Shown here: one piece after another, positions 1-8,334 of the stretch
How positions within the stretch are numbered: the first letter of the stretch is position 1
Layout: each line of letters opens with the position of its first letter
Assembly: GCA_902727945.1 (NCBI GenBank)
Contig: CACVAV010000112.1
Span: 1 to 34,232, forward strand
Length of the DNA: 34,232 nucleotides
Source: an uncultured Thiotrichaceae bacterium
GTDB taxonomy: Bacteria; Pseudomonadota; Gammaproteobacteria; Thiotrichales; Thiotrichaceae
Direction: 5' to 3'
Notes under the pieces: generated by a model
Seen by the model: the letters and a program-made list of their open reading frames with translations, nothing else
Told to the model about the DNA's origin: nothing
Databases searched by the model: none
Program-made: the position numbers and the translations under genes

Positions 1-65
1 GTGCTCATTGATGCTGCGCCTAAAATCAGTGTTGCGAGTGTGCTTGCAATAGCGGTCTTTCTCAT
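1..65 (-). CDS. 5' end of a secreted protein (signal peptide only; truncated by the window edge)
   Basis: Manual translation from ATG at 65 gives MRKTAIASTLATLILGAASMS..., a basic N-terminus plus hydrophobic core typical of a Sec signal. A strong GGAGGAG RBS lies at ~73-79. Not in the ORF track. Confidence 0.75.
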   Translation of the reverse strand, partial: MRKTAIASTLATLILGAASMS

Positions 66-257
66 AATGTCTCTCCTCCGGTATAAAAATATACAGCTTG
101 ATTAAATTGGCTTTTGACTTCCACCTATTAATCTAGCCTAAGTTTTACATTCGTACCTGATTCTGTAAATAAACCACATTATTCATTTACTATTGATTCA
201 TGTTTTCGGTGGTGGATGACCGGTAATTAGTTTTTCAGGCTTTGCACAGCTTCTGGG

Positions 258-722
258 TCAACCCATTTGTTCAGCTGAAACTGGTAGATCTAACGCTTCT
301 TCCATTTCATCTACGTCGACCTGATTGCCCTCCGCATCATATAATGGCAGTTCATAATCGTTCCAGCCACGAATGCCCATTTTCAGCGAATAAACAGCCT
401 GATACCCCATGAGTTGCAGCGTGAAAGCGGCCAAAGCACTGCGATTGCCTGAGCGACAAGCCAGAATGACTGGTTTGTCACGCGCTCTCACTAACTCGGG
501 TATCGTATCTGAGTACCCCCAGTCACAAGCGCCTTCCAGAATACCGCGTGGCACCAGTATTGAGTTCTTAATGGCCCCTTGCGCAAACTCATCCGGTTCA
601 CGAATATCAATAATCATAATATCCGGATTAGCTGCCAGCATTTCCTCCAGATCCCAGGGGAGAATTTCTTTTATGTGTGGCAGTAGTTCTACTACCAGCG
701 CTCTGTAGGTTTTCTGTGTCAT
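258..722 (-). CDS. Single-domain rhodanese (sulfurtransferase)
   Basis: IIDIREPDEF, GAIKNSILVPRG, active-site loop CRSGNRS, and C-terminal SLKMGIRGW. Confidence 0.92.
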   Translation of the reverse strand: MTQKTYRALVVELLPHIKEILPWDLEEMLAANPDIMIIDIREPDEFAQGAIKNSILVPRGILEGACDWGYSDTIPELVRARDKPVILACRSGNRSALAAFTLQLMGYQAVYSLKMGIRGWNDYELPLYDAEGNQVDVDEMEEALDLPVSAEQMG

Positions 723-757
723 GATCGTCTGTCAGTGGATTCAGGTGAGTAAGTAAG

Positions 758-1432
758 TCAGGTCGCACTCTTAGAGGCGCTGGCCCGCACATCGTGCTCA
801 ACCTTCATGACGGCTGCTGTGATACGTGAGCTGACATTGAGTTTGCGCAGGATGGCTTTAACGTGTAGTTTAACCGTGCCGTCTGAAATGCCCAGATTAC
901 GGGCAATCACTTTATTGCTTTGGCCCTCTGCCAATAAAGCCAGAATCTGATATTCACGTGGCGTGAGTGCTGAAAAAGGATTCGCTGCTTTATCCTCCTG
1001 CAGCTCGCCATCTTCGCCTTGAATAAAGCGTGCCAGTACGGAGGATAATTCTGGTGCTACCACCGTTTTACCATCGACAATTTCGTGAATCGCCACAACA
1101 AGATCATCGGGTTCAATGTCTTTTAGTAAATAACCCCGTGCACCGGCCCGCAAAGCTTCCAGTAAGTCATTGTCATTGGTGCTGGTAGTCAGCATGACCA
1201 CTTTGAGCTTAGGGTGATTTTTGCGTAATTGACGCAGCACCATCAGGCCATCCATCTGCGGCATGCGCATATCGAGCAACGCAATATCCGGCTGTAATTC
1301 TGCGGCTTTTTTGATGCCCTCATCGCCACTGCCAACCGCTTCAATCACTTCGATGCCCCGGCGTTTTAACAAATCCTCAAGGCCTGCCCGAAACAGGGTG
1401 TGATCATCTATTAACAATACTTTTTCGTTCAT
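758..1432 (-). CDS. NarL/LuxR-family response regulator (REC + LuxR HTH)
   Basis: LLIDDH, LLDMRMP (phospho-Asp), GYLLKD, and HTH LTPREYQIL...NKVIARNLGISDGTVKLHVKAILRKL. Confidence 0.95.
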   Translation of the reverse strand: MNEKVLLIDDHTLFRAGLEDLLKRRGIEVIEAVGSGDEGIKKAAELQPDIALLDMRMPQMDGLMVLRQLRKNHPKLKVVMLTTSTNDNDLLEALRAGARGYLLKDIEPDDLVVAIHEIVDGKTVVAPELSSVLARFIQGEDGELQEDKAANPFSALTPREYQILALLAEGQSNKVIARNLGISDGTVKLHVKAILRKLNVSSRITAAVMKVEHDVRASASKSAT

Positions 1433-1466
1433 GTCTTCTCTCAGGCTGTGGAATGTTGGGGGCTAA

Positions 1467-3143
1467 TCAAACCTTACGTTCACTAGCTGTTTTGCCTAGC
1501 ATTTCTGAAAACCGGCGTTTACGTGGAACATCAAAGCTTAGCTGAACCAGCGTGCCACCTTCATCCGGGTCACTTTCATATTGTAGTTCGCCATTTAATT
1601 TGGTGGCCCGTTCCTGCATGATGTTTATGCCGATGTGTTCGCCCGTGATGGGGTCTGGGCCGGGAATGATGTCAGGCATGCCGTTGCCGTCATCTTCAAC
1701 CAGTATGCTGCACCGGCCTTCTTCTGAGCTATACATCAGGATACGGACGGTGCTGGCCTGACTGTGTTTTTTCACATTGTTCAGCGCTTCCTGCACAATA
1801 CGAATTACTTCCAGCTCGGTTTCGGACGAAAGGTCTTCCAGGCTCCAGTTATGGTAAAAGAAGACCTCCATTTCTGTTTCTTTTTTAAACTTTTCAGTGA
1901 GATTTTTCACCGCTCTGACCACACCTTTGCCATCGATGGGTGCGCGGAAGTCGGTAATCAGACTGCGTAGTTCCGCATAAGCGTCATCAATGGTGTTTTC
2001 GAGACTTTCCAGCTCCTGCCAGATGGTGGTTTCATCGCCACGATTCAATGAGTCATCGAACAAGCGCACTTTAAAGCGCAGGCTGGCTAATGTCTGAGCC
2101 AGCGAGTCATGGAGTTCGTGCGCCATGCGGGTACGTTCCTCCATGATGGATAAGGTATGAGCCTCCTCGTCTACATGGGCTTTTTCAATCGCCATGCCGA
2201 GATGCTGGCCAATACTGATCAGTAGTTCATATTCCTCTTCCAGATTAGCGGCAAGATCCTGTGAAACAAATAGGTTGTAAATACCGAGGTTTTTGTCCCT
2301 GTACTGCAGCGGGATCGCGAGCATGCGGGTCGTATTATCGTTACTGAAGAAGGGTGCCCCGATAGTAGCGCTGCACCGCTGCATATTTTCACGCGCCAGA
2401 ACTTCGCCTTGATCAGCTGCTTTAGCACAAGCACAGTCGGGGCTGGGAACGGTAGCCTCTCGTTTCATTGTTTCATCATCCAGGCCGCTACTGGCGACCA
2501 GGCGTAGCTTGCCTTCATTATCCAGCAGGCGAATGGCTACCGCTTTTGCTTCCACCACATTATTTAACATGGTCAGGAAGCGCTGCAATAAATCTTCCAG
2601 ATTGTCAGAGCGATTAATGGCTGAAGCGACATCATATAATACTTGTAAATGATGTTTTTTCTGAGCAATAAAGCGTTCCTGCCGGTTCAGGCGTTGGCGT
2701 TGTACCCGTGATAAAGCCTGATAATTATCGGTGATAGCATTAATTTGTTCACGGATTTTAATAGACAAACAGCCCTGCTCACGGATTGGCATACGTGCAT
2801 GCAGATCATCCCTGCGCAAACTGTCAGACCATGAGGTGAGGTCATGGCCAAAACGAATAAATTCACGACACATCCAGAAACACAGGGCAAATACGCCTAT
2901 TCCGGCACTGGCCCAGAGTGTGCTCATGAGTACCGGCACCCAGTCATGGAGATGAGGTTCCGGTAAGCGGACAATCCAGAAAAAAGAAGCGCCGATGCCG
3001 ACAAAAATAAGGAACAAAGTAATCAGACCGAACCAGATTTGCCAGGGGAAATTGATTAATGTCTGCCAGCGTCCATTACTGTTTTGAATCCTGGCGTTTT
3101 TCCGGGCAACCTTCTGGTGTGTTTCTGATGCGGCACCTGTCAT
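1467..3143 (-). CDS. NarX/NarQ-like sensor histidine kinase (2 TM, GAF, HisKA_3, HATPase)
   Basis: H-box EERTRMAHELHDSLAQ, N-box RIVQEALNNVKKHS, VEDDGNG, two N-terminal TM helices and a central GAF-like region. Its start overlaps the dsrR stop (TAATG). Confidence 0.93.
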   Translation of the reverse strand: MTGAASETHQKVARKNARIQNSNGRWQTLINFPWQIWFGLITLFLIFVGIGASFFWIVRLPEPHLHDWVPVLMSTLWASAGIGVFALCFWMCREFIRFGHDLTSWSDSLRRDDLHARMPIREQGCLSIKIREQINAITDNYQALSRVQRQRLNRQERFIAQKKHHLQVLYDVASAINRSDNLEDLLQRFLTMLNNVVEAKAVAIRLLDNEGKLRLVASSGLDDETMKREATVPSPDCACAKAADQGEVLARENMQRCSATIGAPFFSNDNTTRMLAIPLQYRDKNLGIYNLFVSQDLAANLEEEYELLISIGQHLGMAIEKAHVDEEAHTLSIMEERTRMAHELHDSLAQTLASLRFKVRLFDDSLNRGDETTIWQELESLENTIDDAYAELRSLITDFRAPIDGKGVVRAVKNLTEKFKKETEMEVFFYHNWSLEDLSSETELEVIRIVQEALNNVKKHSQASTVRILMYSSEEGRCSILVEDDGNGMPDIIPGPDPITGEHIGINIMQERATKLNGELQYESDPDEGGTLVQLSFDVPRKRRFSEMLGKTASERKV

Positions 3144-3457
3144 TACTGTTCCTGTGGCGGTGTATAATTAGGGTCGTTCGGGTTCATAAATACAAATTCC
3201 ATTGTGCCATCCAGCTCCACAAAATCCAGCATCAATCCGTTCGCCAGCGGCAGAGAAATGCCGTCAACGACCATAGTGATGCCTTCCGATTCAACACGCT
3301 GATCACCGGGGCGTAACTGGTCATCAAAGCCCATTTGATAGTGGAATTTACTGTCTTCCTTACGTTCTATCGAAATACGCAGTGGCATGTCGCCGGTATT
3401 GCCCTGTTGAGCCGAAACCTTGATTTGTGCAGCTGCTTCAGGTGTTACTGTAATCAT
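3143..3457 (-). CDS. dsrR: DsrR (IscA/HesB-like protein lacking the Fe-S-binding cysteines)
   Basis: IscA-like MITVTPEAAAQI...YQMGFDD...LDFVE...FVFMNPNDP with no Cys at all, directly downstream of dsrN. The start is reassigned to ATG 3457 (ATGA overlap with the dsrN stop) rather than 3511. Confidence 0.82.
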   Translation of the reverse strand: MITVTPEAAAQIKVSAQQGNTGDMPLRISIERKEDSKFHYQMGFDDQLRPGDQRVESEGITMVVDGISLPLANGLMLDFVELDGTMEFVFMNPNDPNYTPPQEQ

Positions 3458-4962
3458 GTATGTATTTTCCCTTGTTGTGTTCTGATGAATTCGACAAAGC
3501 GATGCGCCCACAGAAATTGTCTGGTGTGGCGTATATGAGTATAAGAGGCGAGCAGATTTTTATAAACCCAGCCATCATATTCGCCATCAATTCCCGTGCC
3601 TCTTAGCATACGGTAGGCGAACCGCCCTTTTACCGTCAAATTTTCAAGTGCTGAATAATGAAACTCATGAGCATTAATGATTTGTTTTGTACTACCACCC
3701 GGCCAGGGCATATCCGCAGTTTCCTGTAGCTTGACATAACCACGACCCTGCGGCTTTTTATGCATGGATGCATCGCCGGGAATAATACCGACCATATCTA
3801 CTGGTTCATCATGCCACTGCAAACTGCGTGACAGGTACATCAGCCCACCGCATTCAGCATAAGTGGGCAAGCCATTTTCTATTGCCGCATGAATGGATTG
3901 CCGCATGGATTCATTGGCGGATAGCTGGTGCATTTGTGTTTCCGGGAAACCACCGCCTATGAACAGGCCGTCGATAGCGGGTAATACTGAATCGGTCAGG
4001 GTGTTTATCGGGATGATTTCTGCACCTGCTTGTTGCAAAGCTTCTATATCGCCGGGGTAGTAGAAGCCGAAAGCGGGGTCTTGGCAGATGCCGATGCGTA
4101 CCTTCATAAGCTGTGCTTCGTCTCTGCTTAGTTTTTGGGTAGTGTGCCTGGCCGTGCCCTGAGCGGAGTCGAAGGGGGGCACAGATGACCTCAGTTTTTC
4201 TTGTGTGATACTTTCTGAAGTAAAGCTCCCTTCCTCCCCTTGTGGGGGAAGAGTTGGAGATGGGGGGCGCGCTACGGAGTGTTGACGCCCGGCAACTCCC
4301 AAAACTCCCTCCAAATCCACCTGCTCGGCCACCAAATCCCGAATCCGCATAATCTGCTTACCCGACTCACCACTCTCATTACTAGGCATCAGTCCAAGAT
4401 GACGCTCCTCAATCTCCATCTCAGAATTATTTTGTACCGCTCCCAAGACCTTCAGATCAGTGTAGTACTCGACAGATTCCCGCAATTTGCCAGCATGACG
4501 CGCCCCACCCACCCGATTCAGAATCACACCCGCAATATTCACGCCATGATCAAATTGCTGATAACCCATGAGCAAAGGCGCAATACCACGCGTGATGCCA
4601 CGTGTATCAATCACCAATATCACCGGAGCGCCGATCAGCTTGGCGACTGCGGCATTGTTATCTGAGCCGTCCAGCGAAATCCCATCATACAAACCTTTAT
4701 TCGCCTCAATCAGGCTGATGTCGGCATGCTGTCCATAGTGCTGTACGGTATGAATGATTTCCTCATGACTCATGGTGTTGAAATCAAGGTTATGGCAGGC
4801 ATGGCCGCTGGCAGCGCTTAGCCAGAGTGGGTCAATATAATCCGGGCCTTTTTTAAAGGGTTGCACATGAAGTTGTCTGTCACGCAAGGCTGCACACAGT
4901 CCGATGGAGAGCGTGGTTTTGCCGGAAGATTTGTGGGCAGCAGAAATAAATAGACTAGGCAT
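3454..4962 (-). CDS. dsrN: DsrN, siroheme amidase (cobyrinic acid a,c-diamide synthase family)
   Basis: AAHKSSGKTT P-loop, FKKGPDYIDP, ERHLGL, glutaminase AECGGLMYL and HEFHYS. Adjacency to dsrR favours dsrN over cbiA/cobB. Start is ATG 4962 or GTG 4968. Confidence 0.85.
   Translation of the reverse strand: MPSLFISAAHKSSGKTTLSIGLCAALRDRQLHVQPFKKGPDYIDPLWLSAASGHACHNLDFNTMSHEEIIHTVQHYGQHADISLIEANKGLYDGISLDGSDNNAAVAKLIGAPVILVIDTRGITRGIAPLLMGYQQFDHGVNIAGVILNRVGGARHAGKLRESVEYYTDLKVLGAVQNNSEMEIEERHLGLMPSNESGESGKQIMRIRDLVAEQVDLEGVLGVAGRQHSVARPPSPTLPPQGEEGSFTSESITQEKLRSSVPPFDSAQGTARHTTQKLSRDEAQLMKVRIGICQDPAFGFYYPGDIEALQQAGAEIIPINTLTDSVLPAIDGLFIGGGFPETQMHQLSANESMRQSIHAAIENGLPTYAECGGLMYLSRSLQWHDEPVDMVGIIPGDASMHKKPQGRGYVKLQETADMPWPGGSTKQIINAHEFHYSALENLTVKGRFAYRMLRGTGIDGEYDGWVYKNLLASYTHIRHTRQFLWAHRFVEFIRTQQGKIHT
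4154..4182. repeat. Short palindromic REP-like element (CCCTGAGCGGAGTCGAAGGG type) inside dsrN
   Basis: GTGCCC-TGAGCGGAGTCGAAGGG-GGGCAC has a 6-bp terminal stem and is translated as VPPFDSAQGT. The core matches a widespread bacterial intergenic repeat type that I recognise from memory. Confidence 0.7.
4226..4266. repeat. Short palindromic REP-like element (CTCCC...TTGTGGGGGA...GGGG type) inside dsrN
   Basis: CTCCCTTCCTCCCCTTGTGGGGGAAGAGTTGGAGATGGGGG is an imperfect C-rich/G-rich hairpin with a G-rich tail, translated as PPSPTLPPQGEEGS. It resembles a widespread intergenic repeat type. Confidence 0.65.
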
Positions 4963-5033
4963 CCGCACAGTCTACCGAAAAGAAGCTAATGCTTATATAC
5001 CCTAAACAGAGGGGTGGGATGTCGTTTGGTCGT

Positions 5034-5900
5034 TTATGCTTTTTTTATCCGGCTGGTTTTCAGGTTAATAATCAATCCGGCCATAATCAGTATCGCCGCC
5101 ACCCATTTCCACCAAGGCATAGGTTCGCTCAGTGCCAGCGCGGAGGCAATCATACCGAATACCGGAACCATTAGCGCCCAGGGTGTCACTTCGCTGGCTT
5201 TGTGCTGGCTTAGCAGCATATTCCATAAACCATAACCGATCAATGTGTTGCCAATGGTTTGCCAGAGTACAACACTCCAGCTGATCCAGCCTGCTTGTGT
5301 TAGTCCTTGCTGAATGGCGGGCCAGCCTTCGGAATACAGGCTCATTAGGGCCAGCGGTGGAATGGAAAATAGGGCTGACCAGGCGATAAAGGCAATGAAA
5401 TTAATGCGGCCTGCTCGTTTAACCACGAGATTGCCACCCGCCCAGCTCATTGCAGCAATCATAACCACGCCAAGGCCAGGCAGCGTTGTATCTCCATCGG
5501 TAAACAGAGCGATTAATAATAAACCACTAAAGGAAATTGCCAGCGCTATCCATTGTGGGCGTCGGATGGTTTCACTAAATAAAAAGCTGGCCAGTAAAAT
5601 AGTGAAAAACACCTGTATTTGTACTACCAGAGAGGCGAGGCCTGGTGTGATATTGTCTTGTATCGCCCAGAACAGCAGGCCGAATTGGCCAAAGCCGATC
5701 AGTACGCCGTAGCTGATGAGCTGCCACCACGGGACATTGGGACGTGGCAGAATAAATACTAAGGGAATGGCGACTAAGATAAAGCGCAGGCAGGCGAATA
5801 AAAACGGTGGCAGCTCCCGCAAGCCTATTTCAATGAATACAAAGTTGGTGCCCCAGATAAAAGCAACCAGCAGGGCCAGCAATTGATGACGGAGTGGCAT
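5034..5900 (-). CDS. eamA: EamA/DMT family exporter (O-acetylserine/cysteine exporter-like)
   Basis: About 10 TM helices; LLALLVAFIWGTNFVFI, PPFLFACLRF and PGLASLVVQIQVFFT closely parallel E. coli EamA (YdeD). Substrate is inferred. Confidence 0.8.
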   Translation of the reverse strand: MPLRHQLLALLVAFIWGTNFVFIEIGLRELPPFLFACLRFILVAIPLVFILPRPNVPWWQLISYGVLIGFGQFGLLFWAIQDNITPGLASLVVQIQVFFTILLASFLFSETIRRPQWIALAISFSGLLLIALFTDGDTTLPGLGVVMIAAMSWAGGNLVVKRAGRINFIAFIAWSALFSIPPLALMSLYSEGWPAIQQGLTQAGWISWSVVLWQTIGNTLIGYGLWNMLLSQHKASEVTPWALMVPVFGMIASALALSEPMPWWKWVAAILIMAGLIINLKTSRIKKA

Positions 5901-6022
5901 GGTGTTGTCGCCTTGCTATGAAAGCGGCATGATAGCTGAAATTATTGCCGGGCAATATAGGCAGGCCTTGATCTTCTGGTTACACTGAAGCCTATTGTAT
6001 AGCTTGCATAGGAAAACCTGAT

Positions 6023-6766
6023 ATGACGATGTTAAGTGTGAATCTGAATAAAATTGCATTATTAAGAAACTCCAGAGGCCGGGATTTTCCTAATGTTGTT
6101 GAGTTTGCTAATAAAATGATGGCGTTGGGGGTGAAGGGGATTACGGTACATCCACGACAGGATGAGCGTCATATTACGATGCAGGATGCTTATGACCTGG
6201 GTGATTTGTTGTCGGGTAACGCTGAGGTTGAATACAATATCGAGGGTTATCCGTCGGAAGATTTTATGGCGCTGGTAACGAAAATTAAGCCAACACAATG
6301 TACCCTGGTGCCGGATAGTCCGGATCAGCTGACGTCTGATCATGGCTGGGATCTGGAAAAAGAGGGCGCTTTTGTTAAAAGGATTTGTGAGCGGTTAAAT
6401 GCTGAAGGTATCCGGAGTGCATTATTTATGGATCCGTCTCCGGCGCAAATTAAGTTAGTGCCAGCCAGTGGTGCGAAAAGAATTGAGCTTTATACAGAAG
6501 AGTATGCAGCGACCTATGATGCGCCGGAGCATGAGGCTGTGTTCCAGCGTTATAGAGAATCTGCACAAGTAGCTCAGTCACTGGGGATTGACTTGAATGC
6601 GGGACATGATCTTGATTTGACCAATTTGGCTAAGTTTTTGACTATTCCCGATATTCTTGAAGTGTCTATCGGTCATGTGCTTACCATTGAATGCATTGAG
6701 TATGGCATGAAAGATGTTATTAGACGTTATCTTGCTATTTGTGATGAGGCGGAAATGACTACCTGA
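6023..6766 (+). CDS. pdxJ: Pyridoxine 5'-phosphate synthase
   Basis: GITVHPRQDERHI, NIEG, QCTLVPD, TSDHGWD, RIELYT, NAGHDL, EVSIGH. Confidence 0.95.
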   Translation: MTMLSVNLNKIALLRNSRGRDFPNVVEFANKMMALGVKGITVHPRQDERHITMQDAYDLGDLLSGNAEVEYNIEGYPSEDFMALVTKIKPTQCTLVPDSPDQLTSDHGWDLEKEGAFVKRICERLNAEGIRSALFMDPSPAQIKLVPASGAKRIELYTEEYAATYDAPEHEAVFQRYRESAQVAQSLGIDLNAGHDLDLTNLAKFLTIPDILEVSIGHVLTIECIEYGMKDVIRRYLAICDEAEMTT

Positions 6767-6779
6767 AATTACTTCAGGT
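6761..6779. terminator. Hairpin between convergent pdxJ and dnaB (possible bidirectional terminator)
   Basis: ACCTGAA-ATTAC-TTCAGGT, a 7-bp stem overlapping the pdxJ stop; no clear U-tract. Confidence 0.35.
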
Positions 6780-6784
6780 CGCTG

Positions 6785-8155
6785 TCACTCAAACTCCTGG
6801 GTGTAAATATCCGGCGTGAAGTTCTCAAAGCGTGTGTACTTGCCCAAAAAGGTAAGGCGGCAGGTGCCGATCGGGCCATTACGTTGTTTGGCGATAATGA
6901 TTTCAGCCGAGCCTTTTTCGGCAGATTCCGGGTTATAGACCTCATCGCGATAGATGAAGATGATGACATCGGCGTCCTGCTCAATCGCTCCGGATTCGCG
7001 TAAGTCAGACATGATGGGCCGTTTGTTCGGGCGCTGCTCAAGGCTACGGTTGAGCTGGGATAATACGATAACCGGGCAATTCAGTTCTTTGGCCAGTGCT
7101 TTGAGGTTGCGTGACATTTCCGAGACCTCATTGGTTCGGTTATCACTTTTTCCATTGCCCTGCATTAATTGCAGGTAGTCGAGCACAACTAATCCCAGCG
7201 GGCCGTGTTCCCGGACTAACCGCCGGGCGCGGGCGCGTACTTCATTGGGTGACAGGCCGGGGCTGTCATCAATAAACATCGGCACCTCAGCAAAAATTTT
7301 TACAGCTGTGGCAATACGTGGCCAGTCTTCATCAGTCAATTGTCCGGTTCTGACTCTGTGCTGATCAACCCGGCCCATTGATGACAACAGACGTAAGGTC
7401 AATTGTTCGGCGGGCATCTCCAGACTGAAAACCGCTGTTGACATTTTGCCATGGGCTGCTGCGTACTCTGCGATATTCATCGAGAAGGTGGTTTTGCCCA
7501 TCGAAGGCCGTCCGGCCACAATGATCAGGTCGCCTTTCTGCAAACCCGAAGTCATTTCATCCAGCTCAGTGTAGCCGGTGGATACCCCTGTGATGGCAGA
7601 ATCCTGCTTGCTGAGTTCTTCGATGTGTTCCAGAGTAACTTTGATCAGTGACTTCAGGGGGCGGAACGATTTGGTGTTTTTTGCACCTTGTTCGGCGATT
7701 TGAAAGACATTTTTTTCTGCCTCATCCAGCAATTGTTTGCTGTCGCGCCCTTCGGTGCGGTAGCCTGAATCGGCAATATCAGTGCCCACGGTGATGAGTT
7801 GCCGCAGAATGGACTTTTCCCGCACAATATCTGCATAAGCGGAGATATTGGCTGCGCTGGGCGTGTCTTTGGCCATGGTGGCCAGATAGCTTAATCCGCC
7901 CGCATCTTCCAGCTGTTCATTCTCTTTCAGCCACTCACTCAGTGTGATGACATCCAGTGGTTTTTGGTTGTCAGCCAGCCAGCTAATTGAGCGGTAGATT
8001 AGGCGATGATCCTGACGGTAGAAGTCTTCTTCAGTCAGTTTATCACCCACCAGCATCCATGCCTCATTATCAAGCATCAGGCCACCGAGTACAGATTGCT
8101 CTGCCTCTATAGAGTGCGGGGGAGTTTTAAGTGATTCGTAAGTGTCTGCTACCAT
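6785..8155 (-). CDS. dnaB: Replicative DNA helicase
   Basis: PPHSIEAEQSVLGGLML, Walker A AGRPSMGKT, DYLQLM, SQLNR, DLRESGAIEQDAD, KQRNGP. Normal length, no intein. Confidence 0.99.
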   Translation of the reverse strand: MVADTYESLKTPPHSIEAEQSVLGGLMLDNEAWMLVGDKLTEEDFYRQDHRLIYRSISWLADNQKPLDVITLSEWLKENEQLEDAGGLSYLATMAKDTPSAANISAYADIVREKSILRQLITVGTDIADSGYRTEGRDSKQLLDEAEKNVFQIAEQGAKNTKSFRPLKSLIKVTLEHIEELSKQDSAITGVSTGYTELDEMTSGLQKGDLIIVAGRPSMGKTTFSMNIAEYAAAHGKMSTAVFSLEMPAEQLTLRLLSSMGRVDQHRVRTGQLTDEDWPRIATAVKIFAEVPMFIDDSPGLSPNEVRARARRLVREHGPLGLVVLDYLQLMQGNGKSDNRTNEVSEMSRNLKALAKELNCPVIVLSQLNRSLEQRPNKRPIMSDLRESGAIEQDADVIIFIYRDEVYNPESAEKGSAEIIIAKQRNGPIGTCRLTFLGKYTRFENFTPDIYTQEFE

Positions 8156-8243
8156 GCTAAGGAGTGTAACTGAAATGAGAGTGGGTTGGTTGTATTCCGG
8201 TGAGAATTTCAGCCGGATTTTATTATTTCAGCGAGCGCTAATA

Positions 8244-8290
8244 TAATAAATCCGGACAACCAATGGTGTTAATTTCATGGTTGTCCGGAT
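8244..8290 (-). terminator. Intrinsic terminator candidate downstream of rplI
   Basis: 13-bp perfect inverted repeat ATCCGGACAACCA (8250-8262) / TGGTTGTCCGGAT (8278-8290), followed on the minus strand by a T-rich run. A second hairpin lies at 8309-8331. Confidence 0.65.
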
Positions 8291-8334
8291 CGGTGTTGCT
8301 AAGCAGTTTGTCGGAAGGGGTACTTCCGGCAGGT

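Noticed and set aside
6785-8155. Possible intein in DnaB
   Set aside because: Normal 456-aa length with continuous helicase motifs.
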